The notes: generated by a model not told the origin, from the sequence alone. Positions 21,558-32,105 are shown, counted from the stretch's first letter. The stretch: DNA of 64,000 nucleotides from a bacterium (GCA_030603495.1 JAUVXR010000013.1:1133-65132), one strand, 5' to 3'. Numbers and translations are program-made.

Positions 21558-22720
21558 AGCCTATACCGGTGGCAATTGTGTTTGGGACGCGGCCTGAGGC
21601 GATCAAGCTGGGGCCAGTATGGTCGCGGCTGACGCAGCGGCCCGAGGTGTTCTTGCCGCAGGTGGTGGTCACGGCGCAGCATCGGGAGATACTGGACCAG
21701 ATGCTAGCGGTATTCAATATCACCCCGGACGTGGACCTGGACATAATGCAAGCGGAGCAGAGCCTCAGTGAAGTTACTACTAACGCACTTACCGGTGTGG
21801 AACGAGCGCTGCAGGAGCTCCGGCCGCGGATTGTGCTGGTCCAGGGCGATACGACGACGACCTTTGCTGCGAGCCTGGCGGCGTTCTATCAGAAGATACC
21901 GCTGGGCCACGTAGAGGCGGGGCTACGTAGCGGCGACAAGTTCTCGCCCTTCCCGGAGGAGATTAACCGGCGACTGACCACAGTGCTGGCCGATTTGCAC
22001 TTTGCGGCCACGCCCCGCGCGGCGGAGAATCTTCGCGCCGAGGGTGTCCGTTCGGAGGCGATCTTCGTCACGGGTAATCCAGTTGTGGACGCCCTGGAGA
22101 CGATCCGCCAGCGGAAGCCGACGCTAGCCGGTACGGAACTGGAGTGGGTAGAAGAGCTGCCCGGGCGGATACTGCTGGTAACACTGCACCGGCGCGAGAA
22201 CCTGGGCGAGCCGTTTAGCCGGATTTGCGCAGCGCTGCGGCGGATTCTGGAGGAGCATCCTGACGTTACGCTGATATATCCGGTGCATCCCAATCCGGTG
22301 GTGCGCCGGGCGGCGGAGGAATTGCTGGGGAGCGTAGCGCGGGTGAGGCTGGTCGAGCCGCCCGATTATCTGGTCTTCGTGGCGCTGATGGCGCGGGCCG
22401 ACTTGATTATCACCGACTCGGGCGGTATCCAAGAGGAGGCGCCTTCGCTGGGGGTGCCCGTGCTGGTCGCTCGAGAGACCACCGAACGACCCGAAGCCAT
22501 TGACGCGGGGGTTGCTCGACTGGTCGGCACCAAAACCGATAGGATCGTGGCGGAGGCTGACCGCCTGCTGGGCAGCCCCAGTGCCTACGCCCGGATGGCT
22601 GCCGGCGGATCGCCATACGGGGATGGTCAGGCGGCAGTGCGCATCTGCGATGCGCTGGAGTATCACCTGGGTATCCGCCCGCAGCGGCCTGGGGAATTCG
22701 AGCCGCCCACACAGGAATAG
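21554..22720 (+). CDS. wecB: UDP-N-acetylglucosamine 2-epimerase
   Basis: FGTRPEAIKL, GHVEAGLRS, PFPEEINR, TDSGGIQEEAP; TTGA overlap start. Confidence 0.95.
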   Translation: MKPIPVAIVFGTRPEAIKLGPVWSRLTQRPEVFLPQVVVTAQHREILDQMLAVFNITPDVDLDIMQAEQSLSEVTTNALTGVERALQELRPRIVLVQGDTTTTFAASLAAFYQKIPLGHVEAGLRSGDKFSPFPEEINRRLTTVLADLHFAATPRAAENLRAEGVRSEAIFVTGNPVVDALETIRQRKPTLAGTELEWVEELPGRILLVTLHRRENLGEPFSRICAALRRILEEHPDVTLIYPVHPNPVVRRAAEELLGSVARVRLVEPPDYLVFVALMARADLIITDSGGIQEEAPSLGVPVLVARETTERPEAIDAGVARLVGTKTDRIVAEADRLLGSPSAYARMAAGGSPYGDGQAAVRICDALEYHLGIRPQRPGEFEPPTQE

Positions 22721-22740
22721 GACTGGCAAGGAGAAGAGAT

Positions 22741-23883
22741 ATGGCTACGGACAACCAGAGCCAACAAGCGTGGACCTCGCGGCGCGTCATCGCTACGCTC
22801 GCCGTGACCGGCCTGCTGTTGTACATCATCTTCTGGACACCGCCGGTGCTGGGGATCTTCTTCAGCAGAATAGCCGGCATTATCGCTATGATCCTGCTGG
22901 CTGTCGCCTTGGCCTACATCATCAGCCCAGCAGTGCAACGCCTGTCGCAGGTACGGCTGCCACTATCTGAGCACAACCGGCGGGCACTAGCTGCCGTTGT
23001 CGTTATGCTCATCGGCGTTGGACTTATCGTGCTGATTGTCATGACCACGTCTTCCGCCATCAGCGAGGATGTCGAAGAGGTCGCCACCTTGGTTAAGGAT
23101 TTCACCAAGAACCAGCTCCCGGTACTGATTGAGGAGTGGCGATTCGAGGAGCGTATCGAGAAATGGATGCGCGACTACCCCGATCTTACCCCCGAGAGCG
23201 TCAAGGAGTCTATTGCCAAGCGTGCCGGGGCCTGGACGGAGAGCCTGCTGACACTGGTGGCCAGGGTGCCCGCCTGGGCGGCCCCGAAAGCTATCTTCAT
23301 AATCTCGCTGGTCCTGGTACCCTTCCTGGCCTTCTACTTCGTTACCGACAGCCGGAAGATTCGCGCCAGCGCGCTGGCTCTGCTGCCGCTGGACTACCGC
23401 GAGAATGCCAATGAGCTTATCGGTCGCGTTAATGCAACGCTGCATCATTACGTTCGCGGGATGCTCCTCGTCTGCCTTATCATTGGTGCGGCCACCGCGC
23501 TGATTCTTTATGGCGCCGGCGTCAGCACTTACCTGACCCTCGGCTTGCTCACCGGGCTCGCCCAGCTCATTCCCTACATCGGCTCCATATTTGCCGGTGT
23601 CCTGGTCATAGGGATCCCGCTGCTCCAGGGCAACGCGAATGCTGCATTTATCGTGGCCATACTTTACATAATCCTGAACATACTGCAGGCTAACTTGGTC
23701 GTGCCCATGGTACTGGGACGGGAGATCAAACTGCACCCGGTGACGATAATCATCGTGCTGCTCATCGGCGCCGAGTTCGGAGGCGTACTGGGGATGATAG
23801 TGGCCGTGCCTGTGGCAGCAATTGCCAAAGTGACTCATCAGTGGTACGGGGACCTGGTCGAGGCTAATGAGGAGCCGCTGTGA
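22741..23883 (+). CDS. AI-2E family transporter
   Basis: LAYIISP, IPYIG and LHPVTIIIVLLIGAEFGGVLGMIVAVP. Confidence 0.9.
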   Translation: MATDNQSQQAWTSRRVIATLAVTGLLLYIIFWTPPVLGIFFSRIAGIIAMILLAVALAYIISPAVQRLSQVRLPLSEHNRRALAAVVVMLIGVGLIVLIVMTTSSAISEDVEEVATLVKDFTKNQLPVLIEEWRFEERIEKWMRDYPDLTPESVKESIAKRAGAWTESLLTLVARVPAWAAPKAIFIISLVLVPFLAFYFVTDSRKIRASALALLPLDYRENANELIGRVNATLHHYVRGMLLVCLIIGAATALILYGAGVSTYLTLGLLTGLAQLIPYIGSIFAGVLVIGIPLLQGNANAAFIVAILYIILNILQANLVVPMVLGREIKLHPVTIIIVLLIGAEFGGVLGMIVAVPVAAIAKVTHQWYGDLVEANEEPL

Positions 23884-24692
23884 GCTGGCTGACGGCAGTT
23901 ATTTTGGGCGCGATACAGGGTGCCACGGAGTTTCTGCCTGTCTCCAGCTCGGGACACCTGGTGATCTTTTCCCGGCTGTGTCGCTTGCCGGAATTACCGC
24001 TCGCCTTCGTCGTCATCACCCATTTCGGCACGCTGCTGGCTGTAGTGGCCTACTACCGGCGCGATTTTGGCGATATGCTCCGCTCGCTCGTGGTTTGGTC
24101 ATCGGCAGAGCCTCGACTCAGATGCAGCCGCCGACTGGTCGTCTTGCTGGCGATTGGGACAATCCCGGCAGCAGTTGCCGGCGTGTTGTTCGAGGGCAAA
24201 GTCGAGGAATTGTTCAACAGCATAGTGGCAGTAGGGGTAGCGCTGGTGATAACCGGGCTGATCCTGCTGGCAGTGAACTGGCTGTCCGGACGAAAAGAAG
24301 AGGAACGCACTACGGTGGTTGATGTTTTGCTCATCGGAGTGGCTCAGGCCGTCGCACTCGTGCCCGGGATATCCCGCTCGGGCAGCACCATTGCCGCCGG
24401 TCTGGGGCAGGGTCTGCACCGCGATTGGGCTCCGCGCTTTGCGTTCCTGCTGTCAGCGCCGGTAATCCTGGGGGGCACGGGGCTGGAAATAGTCAGACTC
24501 GTTCAGCAGCCCGTGGCCTCCTCCCAGTTAGGGCTGTATCTATTGGGCGGGCTGGTGGCGGCCGCTACCGGCTATTTTGCCGTGCATCTGGTGGTGAAAG
24601 CCGTCCGCCAGGGCAACTTGATATACTTCTCGGGATATTGTATAGTGCTGGGGATTGCCACCACCCTGATCGGGGGAAGGCTCCCGAGTTAG
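23880..24692 (+). CDS. uppP: Undecaprenyl-diphosphate phosphatase
   Basis: QGATEFLPVSSSGHL and PGISRSGSTI. Confidence 0.95.
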   Translation: MSWLTAVILGAIQGATEFLPVSSSGHLVIFSRLCRLPELPLAFVVITHFGTLLAVVAYYRRDFGDMLRSLVVWSSAEPRLRCSRRLVVLLAIGTIPAAVAGVLFEGKVEELFNSIVAVGVALVITGLILLAVNWLSGRKEEERTTVVDVLLIGVAQAVALVPGISRSGSTIAAGLGQGLHRDWAPRFAFLLSAPVILGGTGLEIVRLVQQPVASSQLGLYLLGGLVAAATGYFAVHLVVKAVRQGNLIYFSGYCIVLGIATTLIGGRLPS

Positions 24693-24732
24693 ATGCTTAG
24701 CTTGTATTAGGAGCCACATTTCTCCCAGGACT

Positions 24733-24761
24733 GGTAGGACAGGCGTCTCGCCTGTCCTACC
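24733..24761. repeat. GTAG-type REP-like perfect palindrome
   Basis: GGTAGGACAGGCG-TCT-CGCCTGTCCTACC. Confidence 0.7.
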
Positions 24762-24865
24762 GGAACGGGAGATTTCTTGAACACAACCCCTGGCTCTGCC
24801 CCGGGTTATGTGCTGTGTGGCTTGTTGCACCGTGCGCCGTCTGTCTATCGAAGGAGGCAGGAAAG

Positions 24866-27118
24866 TTGCAGTTTACTAGTTTTGAGTCAACCATCCTGTG
24901 GGTAGTAATCGCCAGCGGCATCCTCGGCGTCCTGTACGCGCTGTATCTGAGGAAGAGCGTCCTGGCGCAAGACCCGGGCACCGAGAAGATGCAGGAGATC
25001 GGTGCGCAGATTCGGGAGGGTGCCTACGCCTACCTGAGCCGCCAGTTCAAGACCATCGCCTGGCTGGTCATCATCCTGGTTGTGCTACTGAGCCTCAGCG
25101 GCATACGCGGAGGCGCAGGCACCGCACTGGGCCGCGGCCTGGCCTTCCTACTGGGCTGTCTGGGCTCGGGCCTGACCGGGTATATCGGCATGACCCTGGC
25201 GGTGCGCGCCAACACCCGTTGCACCGCGGCGGCGCGCACCAGTATCAGCGATGCCCTCTCCATCGCGTTCCGGGCTGGTGGAGTGACTGGTATGTTCACC
25301 GTTACCATGGGCCTGCTCGGCGCGACGGTTCTGTTCATGATCTACAAGCAACACGCCACCGAGGTGCTACTGGGCTTCGGCTTCGGGGGTAGTCTGCTGG
25401 CCCTGTTTATGCGGGTGGGCGGCGGTATCTACACCAAAGCCGCCGACGTCGGCGCCGACCTGGTCGGCAAGCTCGAAGCCGGCATCCCCGAGGATGACCC
25501 GCGCAACGCGGCAGTCATCGCTGATAACGTGGGTGATAACGTCGGCGACTGCGCGGGAATGGCTGCTGACATCTTCGAGTCGTACGAGGTGACCCTGGTC
25601 GCCTCGATGATCCTGGCCCTGGCTCATTTCCAGGACGATCCTCGGAAGGCGACGGTATGGATCGTCTTTCCGCTGATCGTCCGGGCCATTGGGGTCATCA
25701 CCTCGATGGTCGGTATCTGGATCGTAAAGATGCGCAGCGACCAGGAACACCCCATGGCCTGCATCACGCGGGGTGTGGTCTGGTCGGCTGTGCTGTCGGC
25801 CATTGGCTTCTTCATCGTCGCACAGAGTTACGTGACCTCCTCGCATGACGGGATGAAGCTGTTCTGGGCTACTGTCTCGGGCCTGGTACTGGCCATCGCC
25901 ATCTACAAACTGACCGAGTACTACACCTCCCACAGTTTCAGACCAGTCAAAACAATCGCTCACTCTACCCAGACCGGAAGCGCCACCACCATCCTGACCG
26001 GCTTTGCCGAAGGCCTGGAAGGCTCGGTCTGGGCACTGATCGTCATCTGTGGCTCGATCTTCGCCTCGGTTGTGATCTTCGCCGGCGGCAGCACCGTAGA
26101 TATTCTCTACGGGGTGTCGCTGTGCGGCCTGGGTATGCTGACCACCACTGGGGTCATCATCTCCATGGATACATTCGGGCCGGTTGTGGACAATGCCCAG
26201 GGCATCTCGGAGATGGCGCAAGTTGAGGAGGCCACCGATGCCGTGGAGCTACTCGATGCGGTCGGTAACACCACCAAAGCCGCGACTAAAGGTATAGCCA
26301 TAGCTTCGGCGGTCATCGCCGCAATAGCGCTATTCGGCTCTTACTTGTCGAAGATTGCTCAGGTGGGTGGCGGCGGCGCAGCCAGTGAGGCGGTCAGCAT
26401 CAAGGCTTTGGCGCAGTTGCAGGGCAGCCTATCTGTGGATGACCCCAGGGTCTTCATTGGCTTGCTGATTGGCGGGGCTATGCCGCTGCTGTTCAGCTCG
26501 ATGACTATCCGTGCAGTAAGTCGGGCTGCTTTCCAGATCATTAACGAGGTACGGCGCCAGTTCCGGGAGATTCCGGGCCTGATGGAGGGCACAGCGATGC
26601 CGGAGTCGGCGAAGGTGGTTGACATCTGCACCGCCTCGGCGCTGCGCGAGCTGGTCGCACCGGCACTGCTGGCGATTCTCAGCCCGATCATCGTGGGCGC
26701 CTTGTTCGGCTGGGCGGCGCTGGGCGGGTTCCTGGCCGGCATCATCGTCGTCGGCCAGCTCCTGGCGGTGTTGCTATGTGACGCCGGTGGGGCCTGGGAT
26801 AACGCCAAGAAACTGATCGAAGACGGAGCCTACGGCGGTAAGGGTAGCGACGCGCACACGGCAGCAGTAGTTGGCGATACGGTCGGTGATCCGTTCAAGG
26901 ATACCGCCGGCCCCGCGCTTAACCCGCTGCTGAAGGTAATGAACATGGTGGCGTTGCTGGTGGTGCCGTTCATTGCTATGTACCAGTATACCTCCGGGCT
27001 GTACATCATTGGTGTGGTTCTGGCGGTTGTAGTCGCCATAGCGCTGATAATAAGCAAAGGTGAGTCCCAGGAATTGCCGGATACGCAGCAGGCGCTGGAC
27101 GACGAAGGGGCAGCCTAA
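24866..27118 (+). CDS. hppA: Membrane-bound ion-translocating pyrophosphatase, K+-independent signature
   Basis: GGGIYTKAADVGADLVGK, DNVGDNVGD, GNTTKA, GDTVGDPFKDTAGP; AAGGAGG before TTG 24866. Confidence 0.95.
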   Translation: MQFTSFESTILWVVIASGILGVLYALYLRKSVLAQDPGTEKMQEIGAQIREGAYAYLSRQFKTIAWLVIILVVLLSLSGIRGGAGTALGRGLAFLLGCLGSGLTGYIGMTLAVRANTRCTAAARTSISDALSIAFRAGGVTGMFTVTMGLLGATVLFMIYKQHATEVLLGFGFGGSLLALFMRVGGGIYTKAADVGADLVGKLEAGIPEDDPRNAAVIADNVGDNVGDCAGMAADIFESYEVTLVASMILALAHFQDDPRKATVWIVFPLIVRAIGVITSMVGIWIVKMRSDQEHPMACITRGVVWSAVLSAIGFFIVAQSYVTSSHDGMKLFWATVSGLVLAIAIYKLTEYYTSHSFRPVKTIAHSTQTGSATTILTGFAEGLEGSVWALIVICGSIFASVVIFAGGSTVDILYGVSLCGLGMLTTTGVIISMDTFGPVVDNAQGISEMAQVEEATDAVELLDAVGNTTKAATKGIAIASAVIAAIALFGSYLSKIAQVGGGGAASEAVSIKALAQLQGSLSVDDPRVFIGLLIGGAMPLLFSSMTIRAVSRAAFQIINEVRRQFREIPGLMEGTAMPESAKVVDICTASALRELVAPALLAILSPIIVGALFGWAALGGFLAGIIVVGQLLAVLLCDAGGAWDNAKKLIEDGAYGGKGSDAHTAAVVGDTVGDPFKDTAGPALNPLLKVMNMVALLVVPFIAMYQYTSGLYIIGVVLAVVVAIALIISKGESQELPDTQQALDDEGAA

Positions 27119-27150
27119 GCGATAGATAGTCGTCAAGGTGATCGTTGTGC

Positions 27151-27187
27151 AAACGGAGCCAGCGAATTCTCTGGCTCCGTTTCTTGT
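27151..27187 (+). terminator. Intrinsic terminator after hppA
   Basis: AAACGGAGCCAG-8nt-CTGGCTCCGTTT followed by CTTGT. Confidence 0.65.
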
Positions 27188-27378
27188 GATGTTTAAAGAA
27201 TGGTCTCTCGGCTGCCAATAGTCAATATGAGCACGGGGCACCAGTACTCGGCAGATGAGAGGCGAACTCGAACACGTGTTGGGCTCTGTAGCACAGCCGG
27301 CAGGCTGAGCAGACGAGGTGGCTCCGGCTATCGCCAAGTCATAGACCAAGGGGGGACGTGGAATGAATGGTGATCTGA

Positions 27379-28083
27379 ATGCCCTCCCGAATCCTACTAG
27401 TGGACGACGACAGGCAATTCGGCCAGTCGGTGCGGTTAGCCCTGGAGGATAGCGACTATCTGGTTACGGTCGCCCACACCGGGGCGCAGGGCTGGCGCTA
27501 TTTTGCCGATCGTAGTTTCAGTCTAATATTGCTTGATCTTATGCTGCCGGACGTTGATGGGTTGGACCTCTGCGGGCGGCTGCGGGCAGCAAGTATGATC
27601 CCCATACTAGTGACCTCGGCCCGTCAGGACCAGGGCGACCGGATGGCGGCGCTGGAGCTGGGCGCTGACGGATATCTGCCCAAGCCCTTCGACCTACGGG
27701 AGTTGCAGGCGCGGATAGCTGCCTCTCTGCGCCGCGCGGGCGCCCCGTGGTCGGACCAGCCGGGCCTTCAGACAATGCAGGCCAACGGGGTGCGCCTGGA
27801 TATGGCGGCCCGGCGCGTATGGGTCAATGACGTGCCTATCAACCTGACGCCTAAGGAGTTTGATTTGCTTGGAGCGCTGATGAGCAATGTCGGGCACGTC
27901 TGGCGGTCGGAAGAGCTGCTGTGGCGTGTGTGGGGCTACGACAAGGCCATCCAAACCCGGACTCTTAGTGTCCACGTCGGGCGGCTACGCGCTAAGATCG
28001 AAGATGACTCCGCCCGACCGGAGCGCATCGTAACCGTGCCGGGTGTGGGCTATAAGTTTGTGGACTTGGACTTAGCGGCTTAG
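27379..28083 (+). CDS. OmpR-family response regulator
   Basis: LLVDDD, LDLMLP, KPF; winged helix LTPKEFDLL..VHVGRLRAKIE..TVPGVGY. Confidence 0.95.
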   Translation: MPSRILLVDDDRQFGQSVRLALEDSDYLVTVAHTGAQGWRYFADRSFSLILLDLMLPDVDGLDLCGRLRAASMIPILVTSARQDQGDRMAALELGADGYLPKPFDLRELQARIAASLRRAGAPWSDQPGLQTMQANGVRLDMAARRVWVNDVPINLTPKEFDLLGALMSNVGHVWRSEELLWRVWGYDKAIQTRTLSVHVGRLRAKIEDDSARPERIVTVPGVGYKFVDLDLAA

Positions 28084-28137
28084 CGCCTGCGCTATCTACT
28101 GCTGCCAAGTGGGTCAGGACTCTGAACGGCCTTATGC

Positions 28138-29559
28138 TCAAATATCTGCGCGTGGTTCCAGCAGGTCGAAACTGTCCAGAATCTCGGGTACATGGACGGG
28201 TACCGCCAGCCGCTCTCTTATGCCCTCGGCCAGGGCTAAAGCCGCCTGCTCTTCGCCGTGTGTGCAAAAGATCGCCTCAGCGCCGCTGCCAACTGCCTCA
28301 GCCCACGCCAGTAGCTCGTCGCGGTCGGCATGTGCGGAAAAGCCGTCGAGCATCTCCACGCGGCACCGCACTTTGTGATGCTCCCTGGGGAATATGGTCA
28401 CATAGCGGGCACCCTCCAGAATCCGCCGGCCTAACGTTCCCGCAGCCTGATAACCGGCGAACAGCAATGTGTCTTGGCGGCGGCGGAGATGGTGGCGCAG
28501 ATGGTGACGGATGCGACCGCCCGTGCACATTCCGCTGGCCGAAATGATTACGCAGGGATCAGTGAAGTCGTTGATGGCCATCGAAGCCTCCCGGCTGCGG
28601 CAAATCTTCAGTTGCGGGAAGCTGAAGGGCGAATTGCCCGACCGAATCAGCTCATTCATCTCTTCGTCAAAACACTCGGGGTGGCGCCGGAATATCTCCG
28701 TGGCATCAATGGCCATCGGGCTATCCACGAAAACAGGAATCTCGGGAATCCGTCCGGCCCGGAGCAAGTTGGCCAGTTCATACAAGACTGCCTGGGTCCG
28801 GCCGACGGCAAATGCCGGAATGATCACCTGCCCGCCCTGGGCTATCGTCCGTTCGACGATTTCTTCGAACCGGGCCACGGTCTCCGCGTATGGGTCGTGG
28901 TGGCGGTCGCCATAGGTTGACTCGATCAAGACGATGTCGCCTGGCTCGGGTAGTTGCGGATCACGCACAATCGGCTGGCCCAGGCTGCCCAAATCACCGG
29001 AAAAGATCAGCTTGCGTTCCCGGCCGGCTGCAGTTACCCAAACCTCTATCGAGGCCGCGCCCAGGATGTGACCGGCATCGCGGAAGCGTACGCTCAGCCC
29101 CCGGGCCAACTCTTCGGTGCGGTTGTAGGGCACACTTCGGAAGGCGCGCAGGCACTTGTGGACATCCTCGACCGTATAGAGAGGCAGAGGGGGTGGGCCG
29201 TGGCGGCCGTGCTTGCGCCACTTCTTCAGGTCAAAGGCGGCGTCCTCTTCCTGGATCTCGGCACTGTCCAGCAGCATCAACTCACACAGGTCGGCGGTGC
29301 CGGGGGTGGTGATCACCTCGCCGCGGAAGCCCATGGCGACTAAGCGGGGCAGCAAGGCACTGTGGTCAATGTGGGCATGGGTGAGCAGCACCCAGTCCAG
29401 CTCGGCGATGTCGAAGCCGAAGTCACGGCGATTCTGCCCACGGGGATGATCCTGGCCCTGGTACAGGCCACAATCCACCAGGAACTGGCCGGCTGGTGTG
29501 TCCACGTGATACATCGAGCCGGTGACTTGGCGGGCGGCACCCAGAATCTGTAGTCGCAT
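28138..29559 (-). CDS. MBL-fold beta-CASP ribonuclease
   Basis: THAHIDH, AGHILG, FSGDLG, ESTYG, SGMCTGGR, FSAHAD, HGE. Confidence 0.92.
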   Translation of the reverse strand: MRLQILGAARQVTGSMYHVDTPAGQFLVDCGLYQGQDHPRGQNRRDFGFDIAELDWVLLTHAHIDHSALLPRLVAMGFRGEVITTPGTADLCELMLLDSAEIQEEDAAFDLKKWRKHGRHGPPPLPLYTVEDVHKCLRAFRSVPYNRTEELARGLSVRFRDAGHILGAASIEVWVTAAGRERKLIFSGDLGSLGQPIVRDPQLPEPGDIVLIESTYGDRHHDPYAETVARFEEIVERTIAQGGQVIIPAFAVGRTQAVLYELANLLRAGRIPEIPVFVDSPMAIDATEIFRRHPECFDEEMNELIRSGNSPFSFPQLKICRSREASMAINDFTDPCVIISASGMCTGGRIRHHLRHHLRRRQDTLLFAGYQAAGTLGRRILEGARYVTIFPREHHKVRCRVEMLDGFSAHADRDELLAWAEAVGSGAEAIFCTHGEEQAALALAEGIRERLAVPVHVPEILDSFDLLEPRADI

Positions 29560-29576
29560 AGCAGGCTTGCTCCCTA

Positions 29577-30161
29577 TTAGATCGTGGTTCGTGGCCCGAG
29601 ATAGGCGGTGCCCGCGGCTATGCGTCGTTCATGGCACGCCACGGCCTTTTCCACCAGCGCTGCCGGCTCGGTTTCGTAGATAATCTCCGCTCCGGTCTCC
29701 TTGTCTATCACCCTAAGAACTTCTGGCAGGTGGTCGGCGATGCCCCCGGTGCCCTGGAGCACAGCGATGACCTTGCCCTCGTCGTAGGCGATGGCAAACT
29801 CACCCAGGGTCCCCGAGCGTCCGCCCACGATGGCCACGATATCGCAGCTCCTGATGGTGGTTATCTCCCGTCCCATCAGCCCGCTGCCAGTGAAGATAAT
29901 GATGTCGTACTCCTCGTAGGGAGACAGGTATCGCTTGCGGTGTTCGTCAAGCCCTAATGCCGGGGAAATGCCCACGACCAGGCCCCCTTGCTGTCGGGCG
30001 CCCAATACAGCCTGGTGAGGCAGGCCCGGGCAAGCACCAGTGAGGATAATGCAGTTGTGGTCGGCAATCTGTTCGCCCAGTCTGAAGCTTTGGTCCATAA
30101 TCGTAGGGACGAATTCGCCCCCGGCTGAGCCCATTACGCCGAACTTGGTTCGAATGACCAA
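29577..30161 (-). CDS. SLOG/LOG-family protein (TIGR00725-like)
   Basis: GVMGS, TGACPG, GGRSGTLGEFAIA; AGGAGG before TTG 30161. Confidence 0.8.
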   Translation of the reverse strand: MVIRTKFGVMGSAGGEFVPTIMDQSFRLGEQIADHNCIILTGACPGLPHQAVLGARQQGGLVVGISPALGLDEHRKRYLSPYEEYDIIIFTGSGLMGREITTIRSCDIVAIVGGRSGTLGEFAIAYDEGKVIAVLQGTGGIADHLPEVLRVIDKETGAEIIYETEPAALVEKAVACHERRIAAGTAYLGPRTTI

Positions 30162-30405
30162 GCACCTCCTTTTAGCAGGAACAGCCAGTAGCGCTCCTAC
30201 CAATGTGTAGAATAATCCTTCTCCGTTGACCACCCGCAGACCTCCCCAGGGACTCCAGACACGGCGGCCCGTTGAGCCGCGGGTAAACTTTATCAGCAAA
30301 ATGCCGATATAGGGAAGGCCGGAGAACGTTACACCGGTGCGGTAAGCGTATTAGAATGCGCGTGCTGGCCTCGAAGGTTGGGGGGTTCCGCTGAAAGCAG
30401 AGCTG

Positions 30406-31908
30406 ATGCTCACCAGTGACAAAGACCCGCAGGAAGGCCCGCTGGGCGACCCCAGTACGGTAGCGCGGCTCCTGCTCGCGTGCCCCGATGCTCTGATGCT
30501 GGTAGATGAGCGTCGCAACATCCAGTATGCTAATAGTGCTGCGGTGCAGGTCACTGGCTACGACTACGACGAGCTGATCGGCCTGAACGTGGCTGAACTG
30601 GTGCCGGCGGAGATGCAGCAGTGGCTCGAGGAAACCGCAGAGAAGGTTAACCAGATTGCGAAGGTGAGCTGTGTAGCCGGCAAGACACGACGGCAGGATG
30701 GCACGGTGGTACCGGTAGAGGTATCAATCAGCAAGGTGGCGACCGACGAAGGCCCAATCTATATGATTATCGGCCGGGAAACAGCCCACCTGGTCCATCT
30801 CTCTGAAGAGGCCTTGCACGCCGAGCACCTGCGGGCGCTGGGCGAAATTGCCATGGGCATAGCCCACGACTTCCGTAACCTACTCGCTGCTATACTGGGG
30901 CGTAGCCAGTTGCTGCTGATGAAGACTGCCGATCCTCAGATGTGCGAGGCGCTTGAGACTATCGAAAAAGCAGCTTTGGACGGAGCGGAGACGGTCAACA
31001 GGATCATGCGCTGCGGCAGACCGGCGCAGGGCGAGCCCGAATTCGTCCCCCTTGACCTCAACCAAATACTCGGGGAAGTCATTGACAACACTCGTTCTCG
31101 CTGGCTGCACCAGCCGCAGCGTGAGGGTAAGTGCATTGACCTGGAGACGCACCTGACCGCCCTGCCACCGACGGAGGGTAACGCGGCTGGACTGCGCCAG
31201 TTCTTCACCAATCTGATAATGAACGCCTGTGATGCCATGCCCGACGGCGGCAGGATCACGGTGAGCACCCGACCGGGCCCGACCAGTGCAACCGTTACCA
31301 TCTCCGATACCGGCAGCGGAATGACACCGGAGGTGCGGGAGCGGATATTTGACTCTTTCTTCACGACCAAAAAGAGTGGCAGTCTGGGGCTGGGGCTGGC
31401 GCTGGGCAAGGACCTAGTGCACCGGCATGGCGGCGAGATCACGGTAGACAGCAGCGCAGGCGAAGGCACAGCCTTCACTGTGACATTACCGCGCAGCGAG
31501 CAGGTCGTCGCGGAGATACCGAGTGAGCCGTCGCTGCCGCCGGCTACTACACAGTCCGCGCGTATCCTGGTGGTTGATGACGAATCAGTGCTGTGCGAGC
31601 TACTGCGGGAGACCGTTGTTTCACTGGGGCACGAGGTTAACATGGCGTCGTGTGGTGAGGAGGCACTTCAACTGCTCAACCTCCAGCGCTACGATGTAGT
31701 AATAACAGATCTGGGCATGCCGGGTATTCCCGGCTCGAGGGTGGCACAGGCCGCTAAACAAGCTTCGCCGGACACTCACGTCGTACTGCTCACCGGCTGG
31801 GATAACCCGCTCAGCCCGGTGCAGAACAAGTATGTGGATCAGATCTTGATCAAGCCGGTCTCCGTGGCCGACCTGGGCGCTGCCATTGAGGCTGGTGTGG
31901 CCGCTTAG
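30406..31908 (+). CDS. Hybrid PAS histidine kinase/receiver protein
   Basis: IAHDFRNLL, NLIMNACDAM, FFTTK, GLGL; C-terminal VVDDE..TDLGMP..KP. Confidence 0.93.
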   Translation: MLTSDKDPQEGPLGDPSTVARLLLACPDALMLVDERRNIQYANSAAVQVTGYDYDELIGLNVAELVPAEMQQWLEETAEKVNQIAKVSCVAGKTRRQDGTVVPVEVSISKVATDEGPIYMIIGRETAHLVHLSEEALHAEHLRALGEIAMGIAHDFRNLLAAILGRSQLLLMKTADPQMCEALETIEKAALDGAETVNRIMRCGRPAQGEPEFVPLDLNQILGEVIDNTRSRWLHQPQREGKCIDLETHLTALPPTEGNAAGLRQFFTNLIMNACDAMPDGGRITVSTRPGPTSATVTISDTGSGMTPEVRERIFDSFFTTKKSGSLGLGLALGKDLVHRHGGEITVDSSAGEGTAFTVTLPRSEQVVAEIPSEPSLPPATTQSARILVVDDESVLCELLRETVVSLGHEVNMASCGEEALQLLNLQRYDVVITDLGMPGIPGSRVAQAAKQASPDTHVVLLTGWDNPLSPVQNKYVDQILIKPVSVADLGAAIEAGVAA

Positions 31909-31955
31909 ACGATCACTGCTGGGGCCGCCGACCGGCCACTGAGCCAGCCACTAAC

Positions 31956-31992
31956 AAAAAGGAGCCGTCACGCCACTAGCGTAACAGCTCCT
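31956..31992 (-). terminator. Intrinsic terminator of the csp gene
   Basis: Minus strand AGGAGCTGTTACGC-5nt-GCGTGACGGCTCCT followed by TTTT. Confidence 0.7.
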
Positions 31993-32105
31993 CAGTTGCG
32001 GCAGCAGAGTATCCTGCTACTTAGGCTTTGCGTCTGCCGGTGGTGGTCACCTGCACCGCTAACTCGGTGGCCAAGGCGACGCCACCCCCGGCTAGGGTAA
32101 CTTAG

